From positions 25,997 to 89,996 of the forward strand of contig JAFNEO010000013.1 of NCBI GenBank assembly GCA_017886205.1: a stretch of DNA of 64,000 nt, in the 5' to 3' direction. Below, piece after piece: positions 36,741-45,436 of the stretch. The notes beneath the pieces were generated by a model that had not been told where the DNA came from, ran no database searches, and saw only the letters and a program-made list of their open reading frames with translations. Within the stretch, counting starts at the first letter, position 1. Each line of letters begins with the position of its first letter. The DNA comes from Candidatus Aminicenantes bacterium. GTDB lineage: Bacteria; Acidobacteriota; Aminicenantia; Aminicenantales; UBA8522. A program made the translations under genes and the position numbers.

Positions 36741-39374
36741 ATGAAAAGACGTGATTTCATCAAGTCCTCGGCCCTAACTGGAGGCTCGATCGTGCTTGGC
36801 CGAGAGGCGGCCAGCGCTTCGGGCAAAGACGGATTCTCCCCGATCGAACCCGTCACTCCGCTCCCCTCCCAAAAGCGCGGCCTCCCCAGCCTCGAACCGG
36901 CCCGCTGGGTCTGGTATCCGTCGGGAAGATGTCTGCCCAATACGTTCGTCCTCTTTCGCCGCGAGATCCGCCTCGACTCCAAACCGAAGCGGGCCATGGG
37001 CTGGATTGCGGCCGAAAGCCGATACCGGCTCGAAGTCAACGGCCGTCGCATCCAGTGGGGACCGGCGCCGTCCGACCCGCGCTTCGCGGAGGCCGACCCG
37101 CTTGACCTGACCGCGGCGCTTGAGGCCGGCCCCAACATCATCGGAGCCACCGTCTTGTATTACGGACACGGCGACGGCACCTGGCCATTCGGCAAGCCGG
37201 GCTTCCTCTTCTGGCTGGAAATCGAACAGGAGGATGGACGGGTCAACAAGATCGGCTCAGATCAGTCCTGGGAGGCTCATCTGGCGCGCGCTTGGCGGCC
37301 CGGCCAGCACAAACGCTGGTATCTCCGGGCGCTCCAGGAAGAGTTCGACGCCCGCCTCTATCCCTACGGCTGGACGACCGCCGGTTTCGCCATGGATGAG
37401 GCCCAGTGGCTGGATGCCATGGCGCTCGACGGCTCCCCGAACAAGCCGGCGCTTTCAACCGCTTATTACGAGTATGTCAACGACTTGCTGGAGAGCCCGG
37501 CCGCGGCGGAGCTCCGTCCCCGGTCTATCCCGCTGCTCCAAGAAACCTTCGTCCCGGTCGCCCGGCTCGCCGAGTCAATCTGGATCGACTGGCGCCGGCC
37601 GCCGCAGGAATATTTCGAATGCCGGCCTCCGGGGTCCTTTGCGATTGTCCCCCGTCCAAGCGCCGTCGAGACGGCTCCCGGCCATTGGGAAATCGTCCTC
37701 GACGGCAAGCGCGGCGCCGCGCTTACCTTCGAGCTCGAAGAGCAGGTCGTCGGCTGGCCCTATTTCACTATCGAAGCGCCGGCCGGCACGACCGTCGAGC
37801 TCCTCGTCCATGAGGCCCACGCGGCCGAAGGCCCGCCCCTCCTCAACACCCATTTCGACTCCTGGACCCGGTTCATCTGCCGTCAGGGAACAAACAATTT
37901 CGAATGCTTCGACTTCGAAAGCCTGCGCTGGCTTCAGCTTCATATCTCCGGAGCCAGAGGACGAGTCAAGGTGCGTGACGTCGGAGTGCGCCGCCGCTTC
38001 TTCCCCTGGCCGAAAGAGCCGGACATCCGCCTCTCCGAGCCGCCCCTCCAGCGCCTGATGGCCGCTTCGGTCAACACGCTCCACAACTGCGCTCAGGAGA
38101 CCCTGGTGGACGGGATGGCCCGCGAACGCCAGCAGTACAGCGGCGACTGCGGTCACCAACTCCACGCCATTTATCTGGCCTTCGGAGAGACACGACAGCC
38201 CGCCCGCTACCTGACCACCTTCAGCCAGGGACAGACCCTCGACGGCTATTTCCTGGACTGCTGGCCGGCCTATGACCGGCTGGCGCGGCTGGTCGAGCGG
38301 CAGTTCGAGCTGACCACGTGGGGCCCCATCCTGGACCACGGCGTCGGTTTCAACTTCGACTGCTGGCATCATTATCTCTACACGGGCGACCTCGAAGCGC
38401 TCAAGGAGCCTTATCTCCGTCTCATCCGCTTCGCCCAATACCTCCACGGCATACGGACAAAGGACGGGCTGCTGCCGGTCGAAAACCTCGGCGTCCCCTC
38501 GGTCTGGATCGACCACAACGCCTACGAGCGGCAGCGCCACAAGCAATGCGCCTTCAACCTCTACGCGGCGGCCATGCTCGAATATGCCCTGGCGCCTATC
38601 TGCCGGGCCTTTGGAGACCGGAAGCAGGAGAAGGCCGCGCGTAACTTCGGCCGCGACCTGCTGGCCGCGGCGGTCGGCAAGTTCTGGAGCCCGGAGCGAG
38701 AAATCTTCGTCAACAACCTGCCCTGGGCCAAGGAGGAAGGGAAGGTCCAGCTCTGCGACCGCTCTCTGGCGACGGCCGTCCTCTTCGATCAGTGTCCCGG
38801 GAAGAACGCGGAGCCGGCCTTGCGGGCTCTGGTCGAATGCCCTCCCGAGATGGGATTCTCTTATCCGGCCAATGCCGGCTGGAGGCTCTGGGCCCTGGCC
38901 AAGGGCGGCCGCGCCGACATCATCCTCCAAGACCTGCGCGAGCGCTGGGCGACGATGGACTCGGTCAAGCTCAACAACACCCTTCAGGAGGATTGGCAGG
39001 CCCGGCCGGATTCGGGACAGCAATGGAGCCACTGTGCCGTCGTCCCGCTGTATATCGCCTACATGGGATTGGCCGGGATCCGGCCCCTCGAGCCCGGGTT
39101 CAGGCGCGTCGAGATCCGTCCGCAGCCGGCGGACCTGAGTCAGCTGGAGCTCGTCGCCCGCACCGTCCGCGGCCCCCTGGTTTTCCGCTCGCTGGGGAAC
39201 AGGGGGAACCGCGAGCTTTCGCTGGAGTTGCCCAAAGGCTGCGAAGGCGAGCTTGTGCTCGACGAGAAGGAAACCGTCGGCCTTGTCTTGGCAGCCAAGC
39301 AAGCGCCCGCGGGACCCAGGCGCTATCTCCTTCCGGCGGGGAAAGAAACGCGACTGCAGTTGGAATTCACCTAG
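36741..39374 (+). CDS. Tat-exported glycoside hydrolase, alpha-L-rhamnosidase (GH78)-like six-hairpin family
   Basis: Twin-arginine signal MKRRDFIKSSALTGG. The N-terminal ARWVWYP...FVLFRREIRL...IAAESRYRLEVNGRRI resembles the rhamnosidase N-terminal domain. Size 877 aa. Family assignment is from memory. Confidence 0.6.
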   Translation: MKRRDFIKSSALTGGSIVLGREAASASGKDGFSPIEPVTPLPSQKRGLPSLEPARWVWYPSGRCLPNTFVLFRREIRLDSKPKRAMGWIAAESRYRLEVNGRRIQWGPAPSDPRFAEADPLDLTAALEAGPNIIGATVLYYGHGDGTWPFGKPGFLFWLEIEQEDGRVNKIGSDQSWEAHLARAWRPGQHKRWYLRALQEEFDARLYPYGWTTAGFAMDEAQWLDAMALDGSPNKPALSTAYYEYVNDLLESPAAAELRPRSIPLLQETFVPVARLAESIWIDWRRPPQEYFECRPPGSFAIVPRPSAVETAPGHWEIVLDGKRGAALTFELEEQVVGWPYFTIEAPAGTTVELLVHEAHAAEGPPLLNTHFDSWTRFICRQGTNNFECFDFESLRWLQLHISGARGRVKVRDVGVRRRFFPWPKEPDIRLSEPPLQRLMAASVNTLHNCAQETLVDGMARERQQYSGDCGHQLHAIYLAFGETRQPARYLTTFSQGQTLDGYFLDCWPAYDRLARLVERQFELTTWGPILDHGVGFNFDCWHHYLYTGDLEALKEPYLRLIRFAQYLHGIRTKDGLLPVENLGVPSVWIDHNAYERQRHKQCAFNLYAAAMLEYALAPICRAFGDRKQEKAARNFGRDLLAAAVGKFWSPEREIFVNNLPWAKEEGKVQLCDRSLATAVLFDQCPGKNAEPALRALVECPPEMGFSYPANAGWRLWALAKGGRADIILQDLRERWATMDSVKLNNTLQEDWQARPDSGQQWSHCAVVPLYIAYMGLAGIRPLEPGFRRVEIRPQPADLSQLELVARTVRGPLVFRSLGNRGNRELSLELPKGCEGELVLDEKETVGLVLAAKQAPAGPRRYLLPAGKETRLQLEFT

Positions 39375-39446
39375 TCCCGTTCGAATCAGGTATTCGTGAA
39401 CACGGGCTAAAGTCCGCGGCTGCAGAGGGACGCATGGGAGTACACA

Positions 39447-39662
39447 TTGCGCTACCTGGGCATCGGTGATTACAGCATCATCCTCGCCTACTTCGCTATC
39501 CTGATCGGAATCGGCTCGTACTTCCGCAAAAAGGCGGCGGCGATGTCCACTTTCAACGCCATCGTCAAGCAGTTCCGCGCATCGGCAGTGGCGGCCTCGA
39601 TCCTGTCCGCATCCCTCGTCGGGCTTTACTTCTTCTGGCATAAAAAACTCCCCCCGGCATAG
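39447..39662 (+). pseudogene. remnant of a sodium:solute symporter (SSS family): N-terminal about 30 aa joined to a C-terminal-looking TM helix
   Basis: TTG start. GDYSIILAYFAILIGIGSYFRKK matches the canonical first helix of SSS transporters. The expected DYFLAGR and all core helices are missing. Only 71 codons. Confidence 0.35.
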
Positions 39663-39772
39663 CCCCTAATATCTAAAGACATGGACTGGCTCGGGAGAGA
39701 TTTGAACATGGTTTGACATTCCGGCGGAGCCGAGATATAAACCCTCTCAGTCTCGATCGGAGGATTCAGACA

Positions 39773-40339
39773 ATGTGGAAAAAGCGAGAGATGCTTATAT
39801 GCCCATTGATCTGTTTTATGCTCCTTCTCGTTGCCTGCGCCCGAGAACCCGAGGAGGAGGCTGATATGGCCATGACCTGGGAGCAGAAGCTCGCCCAAGA
39901 ACTGCCCGCCCTGGGCCACCGGAATTGGATCGTCGTCGCCGACTCGGCCTTTCCCCTGCAGATAAGCCCGGGCATCGAGGTCGTCGTCTCCGGCGAGGAT
40001 CATTTCGCCGTGCTGGAGAAAGTGTTCAGGGCCATCGATGCGAGCAAGCACATCCGTCCCCGGATCTATCTGGATAAAGAGCTGAGCTATGTGACCGAGG
40101 ACCTGGCTCCAGGGATTGAGGCCTGCCGTCAGAAGCTCGACGGGATGCTCAAGGGGCGAGACGTCGTGCCCGTTCTTCATGAGGAGCTGATCGCCCGCCT
40201 CGACCAGGCCGCCAGGACCTTCCGCATCCTGATGGTCAAGACGAACCTCACCCTCCCCTACACCACCGTCTTTATGGAACTCGACTGCGGCTACTGGAAG
40301 CCCGAGTCAGAAGCTAAAATGCGGGAGTGGATGAAATAG
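39773..40339 (+). CDS. lipoprotein with RbsD/FucU (sugar mutarotase)-like domain
   Basis: GGAGGA Shine-Dalgarno. Signal peptide plus lipobox (LLLVAC). LPALGHRNWIVVADSAFP aligns with the MGHGDEIxxxDAxFP block of RbsD/FucU, and the C-terminus is also similar. Weak assignment, from memory. Confidence 0.45.
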   Translation: MWKKREMLICPLICFMLLLVACAREPEEEADMAMTWEQKLAQELPALGHRNWIVVADSAFPLQISPGIEVVVSGEDHFAVLEKVFRAIDASKHIRPRIYLDKELSYVTEDLAPGIEACRQKLDGMLKGRDVVPVLHEELIARLDQAARTFRILMVKTNLTLPYTTVFMELDCGYWKPESEAKMREWMK

Positions 40340-41107
40340 CTATTTTTTGGGCATGTTGGAGAGGTCGGGACGCAGCCGACCGGTTTTGATTTCATATTTC
40401 CGGAGAGTGGCCATTGACTTGCTCCACAGCTCCGCGAATTTTTCTTCTCCCATCTTTTTTATGACCTTATCATTTTCGGCAAAATACTCGGCCGCACTTT
40501 TTCCGCCCTCGGCCCAGAAATACAAGGGCATCTCTGTCCCGCTTTGCACCGCGTACATGTTCCATCCGATCGAGGTGTCTTTGCTCTTGGAAACGTCCAC
40601 AAATTGCCGGCAAATGTCCGCGAATTCCTTTTCCTTGCCGAACTCGAGGTAGGCAAAATACCAAGTGATGAATTTCTCCTCCTCCGCTTTGAGCCTCGGC
40701 TTTTTGGGAGCGTAGGACAGTTCCGGCAGAAACCGGACAACTCCCGAGCGGTAATGCTCTACCGTGCCGGCCAGGCTTTTCATCATGGCCTCGTATTCTT
40801 GTCCGGCCTTCGCCGCCCATTCGCCCTCCGTTTTGTTCATCGCATCTATGCCGGCATAGTTCTCGATGGGCACAAGAAAATAATAGTAGAAATCATCCGT
40901 ACTATAAGCACTATAGGGATACGGATAGCCAAGTTCGATTTCCTTTTTCACGGCCGCCTCGAACTGGGCCACCATAGCCGGCTTGACGATGACTTCCGTA
41001 ACGGAATAGAGCTGCGATTTCTGCTCCTGGGCTCCGGTCGTGCCCGAGAAGACAAATAGGACAGACAAAAGACCCACCGCCAAAAAGACCCCTGCTTTGT
41101 TTTTCAC
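40340..41107 (-). CDS. secreted hypothetical protein
   Basis: Signal peptide MKNKAGVFLAVGLLSVLFVFSGTTGAQE. Moderate GC coding bias. No family recognised. Confidence 0.6.
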   Translation of the reverse strand: MKNKAGVFLAVGLLSVLFVFSGTTGAQEQKSQLYSVTEVIVKPAMVAQFEAAVKKEIELGYPYPYSAYSTDDFYYYFLVPIENYAGIDAMNKTEGEWAAKAGQEYEAMMKSLAGTVEHYRSGVVRFLPELSYAPKKPRLKAEEEKFITWYFAYLEFGKEKEFADICRQFVDVSKSKDTSIGWNMYAVQSGTEMPLYFWAEGGKSAAEYFAENDKVIKKMGEEKFAELWSKSMATLRKYEIKTGRLRPDLSNMPKK

Positions 41108-41336
41108 GACACCCTCCTTTGTTTAAGTGAACAGAGAAAGCGAAGGCGGCCTTGCTTTCGAGAAAGGCGATGGCTCCTGCCGACTGCCCTCGTTCCCCGG
41201 GTACTGAGGTCGCTTCTAAGGCTATTCCTCGCGCTGCTTCGTGTCAAGTTCTTTCAACTCAAGTGCATCCGCCGGAGATTCCGTCTTCGCCATTAAAATT
41301 GTTCGGACGCGGCATCTCACCAGCTGCTCAAAAATC

Positions 41337-41371
41337 GGAAATTGATATGGTGTCCCTATTATATATATAAT
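41337..41371 (+). promoter_or_regulatory. repeat-family unit GGAAATTGATATGGTGTCCC overlapping a candidate promoter (TTGATA, 16-18 nt, TATATA/TATAAT)
   Basis: 20 nt identical to 30945-30964. TTGATA at 41342-41347 and TATAAT at 41366-41371, about 45 nt upstream of ATG 41415. Confidence 0.45.
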
Positions 41372-41414
41372 TCAGAAAACGGGTTTGCGTTCACCGCTTG
41401 GGAAGGAGATTCGG

Positions 41415-43436
41415 ATGAATACAACAGGTTGTCCCCGGAAAATAACGTGGCTCTTGGCTGTCTTCTGTCTTACCCTGACGCTTGTTCTTTCTGCCCAGGA
41501 AAATCCGCCCGCGACCCCGCAAAAAGTCTCCTCGCCAGGCCGGTACCAGGGGTACTCAGCGCCCATCTACAGCGAATGGGTTCGGTTTTCCCAATACGTC
41601 CCAGTTCGTGACGGGACAAAGCTGGCGATCGATATCTACCGGCCGAGCATCGGCGGAAAGCCCGTCTCCGAGCCGCTTCCGGTGATCTGGACATTCACCC
41701 CCTACCGCCGGGCCTTCAAGCTCCCCGACGGTCGGCTCCTAACCCAGATGCAGCAGATGCCCTGGCTCGAGACGGTCCTCAAGCATGGCTATATCATCGC
41801 GGCCGCCGATCTCCGGGGCGACGGGGCCTCCTTCGGCGTCTCCACCGGCGCTTTCGGTCCGGAAGAAGCGGCCGACGCCTACGACATCATCGAATGGCTG
41901 GCCGCCCAGCCCTGGTCAACCGGCAAGGTCGGCATGTGCGGCGTTTCCTATCAAGGCATGACGCAACTCCTGGCCGCGAGCATGGCCCCACCCCACCTGA
42001 CCGCCATCATGCCCGACATGGTCATGTTCGACCTCTATTCTTTCACCTATCCAGGCGGGGTTTTCCAGGACGACTTCATCGCCGAATGGAGCAACCTGGT
42101 GAAGCAGATCGATACCATCGCTCCCGCCGCGCCGGTCGACGACGACCCGGACGGCAAGCTCCTGGCTCAAGCCCTCGAAGAGCATAAAAAGAATATCTAT
42201 CCCATCGAGACGACGGTCCAGGGGAAGTTCCGTGATGCCCTCGACGCCCAGACACAAACCCGGCCCTACCTCGACCAGAGCCCCCATTCCTATTTGAAGG
42301 GCATTCGAGAGGTCGGCTCAAAGATCGGGGTCTATCTGGTCGCCGGCTGGTTCGACATGTGGCCGCGCGACATGCTCGCCTGGTTCAACAACCTCCCCAA
42401 CCCGAAAAAGATCGTCATTGCTCCTTGGTCCCACAGTCACGATTACGCCGCCGGCTGGAAGGACACTGTATCGCCGCTTACGGGTTTTGTCCCGCAATTC
42501 GATTATGCCGCTGAACAGGTCCGCTGGTATGACTACTGGCTCAAGGGCATCGACAACGGCATCATGGCCGAACCTCCGATCCACTATTTCACTATAGGTG
42601 CGGCGGAAGGAGACGCCTGGAAAGACGCGCGACAATGGCCGTTGCTGGAGGAAAAACCGACGCCGTATTACTTCCAGGCCGGCTCTGCAGGAAGTATCCA
42701 GTCGGCGAACGACGGCCTTCTCGATGGGAAAGCACCCAAGGGGGATTCCGACCAGGATGATTACACGGTGGATTACACGACTTCGACCGGTCCAGCTACC
42801 CGTTGGCACAACGGCCGCGGCGGCAACTTCGCCTATCCGGATATGGCGGCCAATGACGCTAAGGGTCTGACCTGCACGACCGCTCCCCTGAAAAAGGCCG
42901 TCGAGGTCACGGGTCATCCCGTCGTCCACCTCTGGGTTACTTCGACCGCCGACGACGGCGATTTCTTCGCCTACCTCGAGGAAGTCGACGAAACCGGCTA
43001 TTCCCAATACATTACCGAGGGAGTGCTGCGGGCCTCGCACCGCAAGCTCTCTGAGCCTCCCTTCAGCTACATGAACCTGCCCTATCATCGGAGCTACGCC
43101 GAGGATGTCGCACCGCTCCAGGCTGGGCAGCCCGTTGAGCTGGTCTTCGACCTCCATCCGACCTCCAACATCTTCGACGCCGGCCACCGCGTCCGCCTGA
43201 CCATCACCTGCGCCGATCAGACAAGCTTTGACACACCAGTGCTTTCGCCCACGCCCAAAGTCTCGATCTACCGGAACGACAAGTTCGCATCATACGTCCA
43301 ACTTCCCGTCATCCCCGGAGCCGGCGAAGAGGAAGCGGTCAAAGGGTTTGTCCTTTCCACAACCTTGATCGTCGGCGCCATCATCATCGCCGTGATCGTC
43401 CTGTTCTTATTCCTGAGAGCGAGGTTGAGAAAATAA
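41415..43436 (+). CDS. CocE/NonD family hydrolase (X-Pro dipeptidyl-peptidase S15-like) with C-terminal TM anchor
   Basis: Signal peptide. GMCGVSYQGMTQ nucleophile elbow. LAIDIYRP and WTFTPYRR blocks. C-terminal helix LIVGAIIIAVIVLFLFL. Confidence 0.8.
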   Translation: MNTTGCPRKITWLLAVFCLTLTLVLSAQENPPATPQKVSSPGRYQGYSAPIYSEWVRFSQYVPVRDGTKLAIDIYRPSIGGKPVSEPLPVIWTFTPYRRAFKLPDGRLLTQMQQMPWLETVLKHGYIIAAADLRGDGASFGVSTGAFGPEEAADAYDIIEWLAAQPWSTGKVGMCGVSYQGMTQLLAASMAPPHLTAIMPDMVMFDLYSFTYPGGVFQDDFIAEWSNLVKQIDTIAPAAPVDDDPDGKLLAQALEEHKKNIYPIETTVQGKFRDALDAQTQTRPYLDQSPHSYLKGIREVGSKIGVYLVAGWFDMWPRDMLAWFNNLPNPKKIVIAPWSHSHDYAAGWKDTVSPLTGFVPQFDYAAEQVRWYDYWLKGIDNGIMAEPPIHYFTIGAAEGDAWKDARQWPLLEEKPTPYYFQAGSAGSIQSANDGLLDGKAPKGDSDQDDYTVDYTTSTGPATRWHNGRGGNFAYPDMAANDAKGLTCTTAPLKKAVEVTGHPVVHLWVTSTADDGDFFAYLEEVDETGYSQYITEGVLRASHRKLSEPPFSYMNLPYHRSYAEDVAPLQAGQPVELVFDLHPTSNIFDAGHRVRLTITCADQTSFDTPVLSPTPKVSIYRNDKFASYVQLPVIPGAGEEEAVKGFVLSTTLIVGAIIIAVIVLFLFLRARLRK

Positions 43437-43465
43437 AAAGCGATCACAGGAGGATTTTCGGCCGG

Positions 43466-44098
43466 ATGACGAATCGGAATCCGCTTGGCTTTGGCCCGCA
43501 ACTCCTCGAACTGCGGCTCCACGGAGCGAAGCCCGGGCTTGAATCCCAGCTCAAGATGGTCCCCGACCCCCGGCCCGGCGACAAGACCTACCAGGAAGCA
43601 GGAGACTCCTGCCTGCGGGCGGGCGTGCTCGTCCTCATCTATCCTCGAGAGGACGGCTTTTATCTCGTCCTGACCAGGCGGACGTCACAAGTGGCTCACC
43701 ACCAGGCCCAGATCTCTTTTCCCGGCGGACACATGGATGAGCATGAAAGCGCCGTCGAGACAGCCCTGCGCGAGGCCGAAGAGGAGCTCAACATCGCACC
43801 GGCCGAGGTGCAAGTCCTCGGCGAACTGACGCCTCTCTACATCCCTCCGAGTAACTATTGCATTTATCCCGTCGTCGCCGCAACTGAGAGACGGCCTGAC
43901 TTCCGGCCGTCGCCCCACGAAGTCGCCGAGGTGATCGAGGTCCCACTCGATCATCTCCTGGACCTGAGGAATATCAAAAAAGAAAAATGGCCCCTTAGAG
44001 GGATAGAGGTCACAGTACCTTTCTATTATTACCAAGGGCATAAGATCTGGGGCGCTACGGCCATGGTCCTGGCCGAGCTCCTGGACCTCGTCAAGTAA
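43466..44098 (+). CDS. NUDIX hydrolase (CoA pyrophosphatase-like)
   Basis: The Nudix box GGHMDEHESAVETALREAEEELNI fits GX5EX7REUXEEXGU. Confidence 0.8.
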   Translation: MTNRNPLGFGPQLLELRLHGAKPGLESQLKMVPDPRPGDKTYQEAGDSCLRAGVLVLIYPREDGFYLVLTRRTSQVAHHQAQISFPGGHMDEHESAVETALREAEEELNIAPAEVQVLGELTPLYIPPSNYCIYPVVAATERRPDFRPSPHEVAEVIEVPLDHLLDLRNIKKEKWPLRGIEVTVPFYYYQGHKIWGATAMVLAELLDLVK

Positions 44099-45419
44099 CT
44101 TGGCGCTTTTTCTTGAAGTAGAAATAAAACGGTAGGCCAGCGAGCAGACAAACGATGGCCGCGTAAGCCTGCGCGGGCTTGTGGATGAGCGTATTGACCA
44201 GGAAAAAGAACGAGATGAGGACGAAGACGAGCGGCGTTACCGGATAGCCGAGCGTTTTATACGGCCGGTCGAGGTCTTTTCTTTTCTTCCGCAACCAGAT
44301 GACGCTCGCACCCACCAGAGCCATGAACAGAACATCCGTGAAGACGAGGTAGGTGATGATGTTGGCGAACGTGCCCCAGAAGAGGAGCAGGAAGATCGAC
44401 CAGGCCGTCTGAAAAAGGATGGCGTTGGCCGGCGTCCGGAAGCGCCGGTGGATGGCGGTAAAAGAGCGGAAGAAGAGGCCGTCATTGGCCAGGGCGAAAA
44501 AGATGCGCGGCACCGAATAAAGGCATATACCGACCGTTCCGAGCGCGGAAAGCGCGATCATGACCGAGATGAATATCCCCCCGAAGGGGAGGACGGTCTG
44601 GACGGCGTCGGCGGCCGGGCAGGAGGACACCGCGATCCTGTCCACAGGCAAGAGCAGCATATAGGCCAGGTTGGCGAGCCAGTAAACCGTGCCCACCACG
44701 ACCGCGCCTATGATCATCGCCCGGGGCACGGTCCGGCGGGGGTCGCGGGCTTCGCCGGCCAGATAGGAAGCGTGCTGCCATCCTCCGGACGCGAAATAGA
44801 CGCCGACGAAAGCGAGCCCGAAGGCGCCGACCAGGCTCAGGCTGGGATCTGTCGACGAAGCGCTGGCCAGAGTCAGCGAGAACCCCGACCTCTTCACCGA
44901 GCCGAGCGCCAGTCCCACCCCAATAATCGTGGCCAGACCGGCCAGCTTCAAAGTCGTGAAAACCTTGGCCGAAAGGTCGGAATAGGCGGTCCGCAAGACG
45001 TTGACAGCCGCCATCCCCAGAATGGCCAGCACGGCCAAGGCCAAGACCCCCCGCTTCCCGACTGGAACGATGAAGGCGAAATATCGGGCGAAGGTCAGGC
45101 TCAGGGCGGCGATGGCCGAGCCGTTGATGACGACGAACGTCACCCAGGCATAGAGAAAAGCCGGCAATTCACCATACCCCTCTTTGAGGTAGGCATACTG
45201 CCCGCCCGCTTTCGGGAACATCCCCCCCAGCTCAGAAAAAGTCAGCGCTCCGGTAAGCGAATGGACGAATCCAAGGCCCCAGGCCAGAAGGATCCAGAGC
45301 GGCGATGACAGATACCCGGCGACGAGCGTAGGGCTGAGAAAAATGCCGGAGCCGATGCAGGCGCCGATGGCCACCATGCTCAGCCCGTAAACGCCGAGGT
45401 TGCCTTCGAGCTTGGCCAT
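44091..45419 (-). CDS. APC-superfamily amino acid permease
   Basis: 12 predicted TM helices. Blocks GSGIFLSP, FSELGGMFPKAGGQYAYL and RPYKTLGYPVTP are typical of APC permeases. Confidence 0.8.
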   Translation of the reverse strand: MAKLEGNLGVYGLSMVAIGACIGSGIFLSPTLVAGYLSSPLWILLAWGLGFVHSLTGALTFSELGGMFPKAGGQYAYLKEGYGELPAFLYAWVTFVVINGSAIAALSLTFARYFAFIVPVGKRGVLALAVLAILGMAAVNVLRTAYSDLSAKVFTTLKLAGLATIIGVGLALGSVKRSGFSLTLASASSTDPSLSLVGAFGLAFVGVYFASGGWQHASYLAGEARDPRRTVPRAMIIGAVVVGTVYWLANLAYMLLLPVDRIAVSSCPAADAVQTVLPFGGIFISVMIALSALGTVGICLYSVPRIFFALANDGLFFRSFTAIHRRFRTPANAILFQTAWSIFLLLFWGTFANIITYLVFTDVLFMALVGASVIWLRKKRKDLDRPYKTLGYPVTPLVFVLISFFFLVNTLIHKPAQAYAAIVCLLAGLPFYFYFKKKRQVT

Positions 45420-45436
45420 GGCCGATAGTCCGTGGA

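Noticed and set aside
39375-39395. CCGTTCGAATCAGG resembles a tRNA T-arm.
   Set aside because: No acceptor, D or anticodon stems can be drawn around it, and it directly abuts the stop codon of a protein gene.
37575-39641. 688-codon ORF antisense to the GH78-like gene. Similar long antisense ORFs occur at 5685-6785, 14905-16491, 42318-43187, 44181-45308, 48356-49282, 52252-53289 and 56933-58267.
   Set aside because: The translations are dominated by R/G/P/D/E/A and have no recognisable motifs, signal peptides or Shine-Dalgarno sequences. Each lies opposite a gene with strong family signatures. Long open antisense frames are expected in high-GC coding DNA.
30945-41356. The 20-nt exact direct repeats 10.4 kb apart could be att sites of an integrated island.
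   Set aside because: There is no integrase, tRNA or mobility gene between or beside them. Both copies sit at similar distances upstream of gene starts, which fits a promoter/operator role better.
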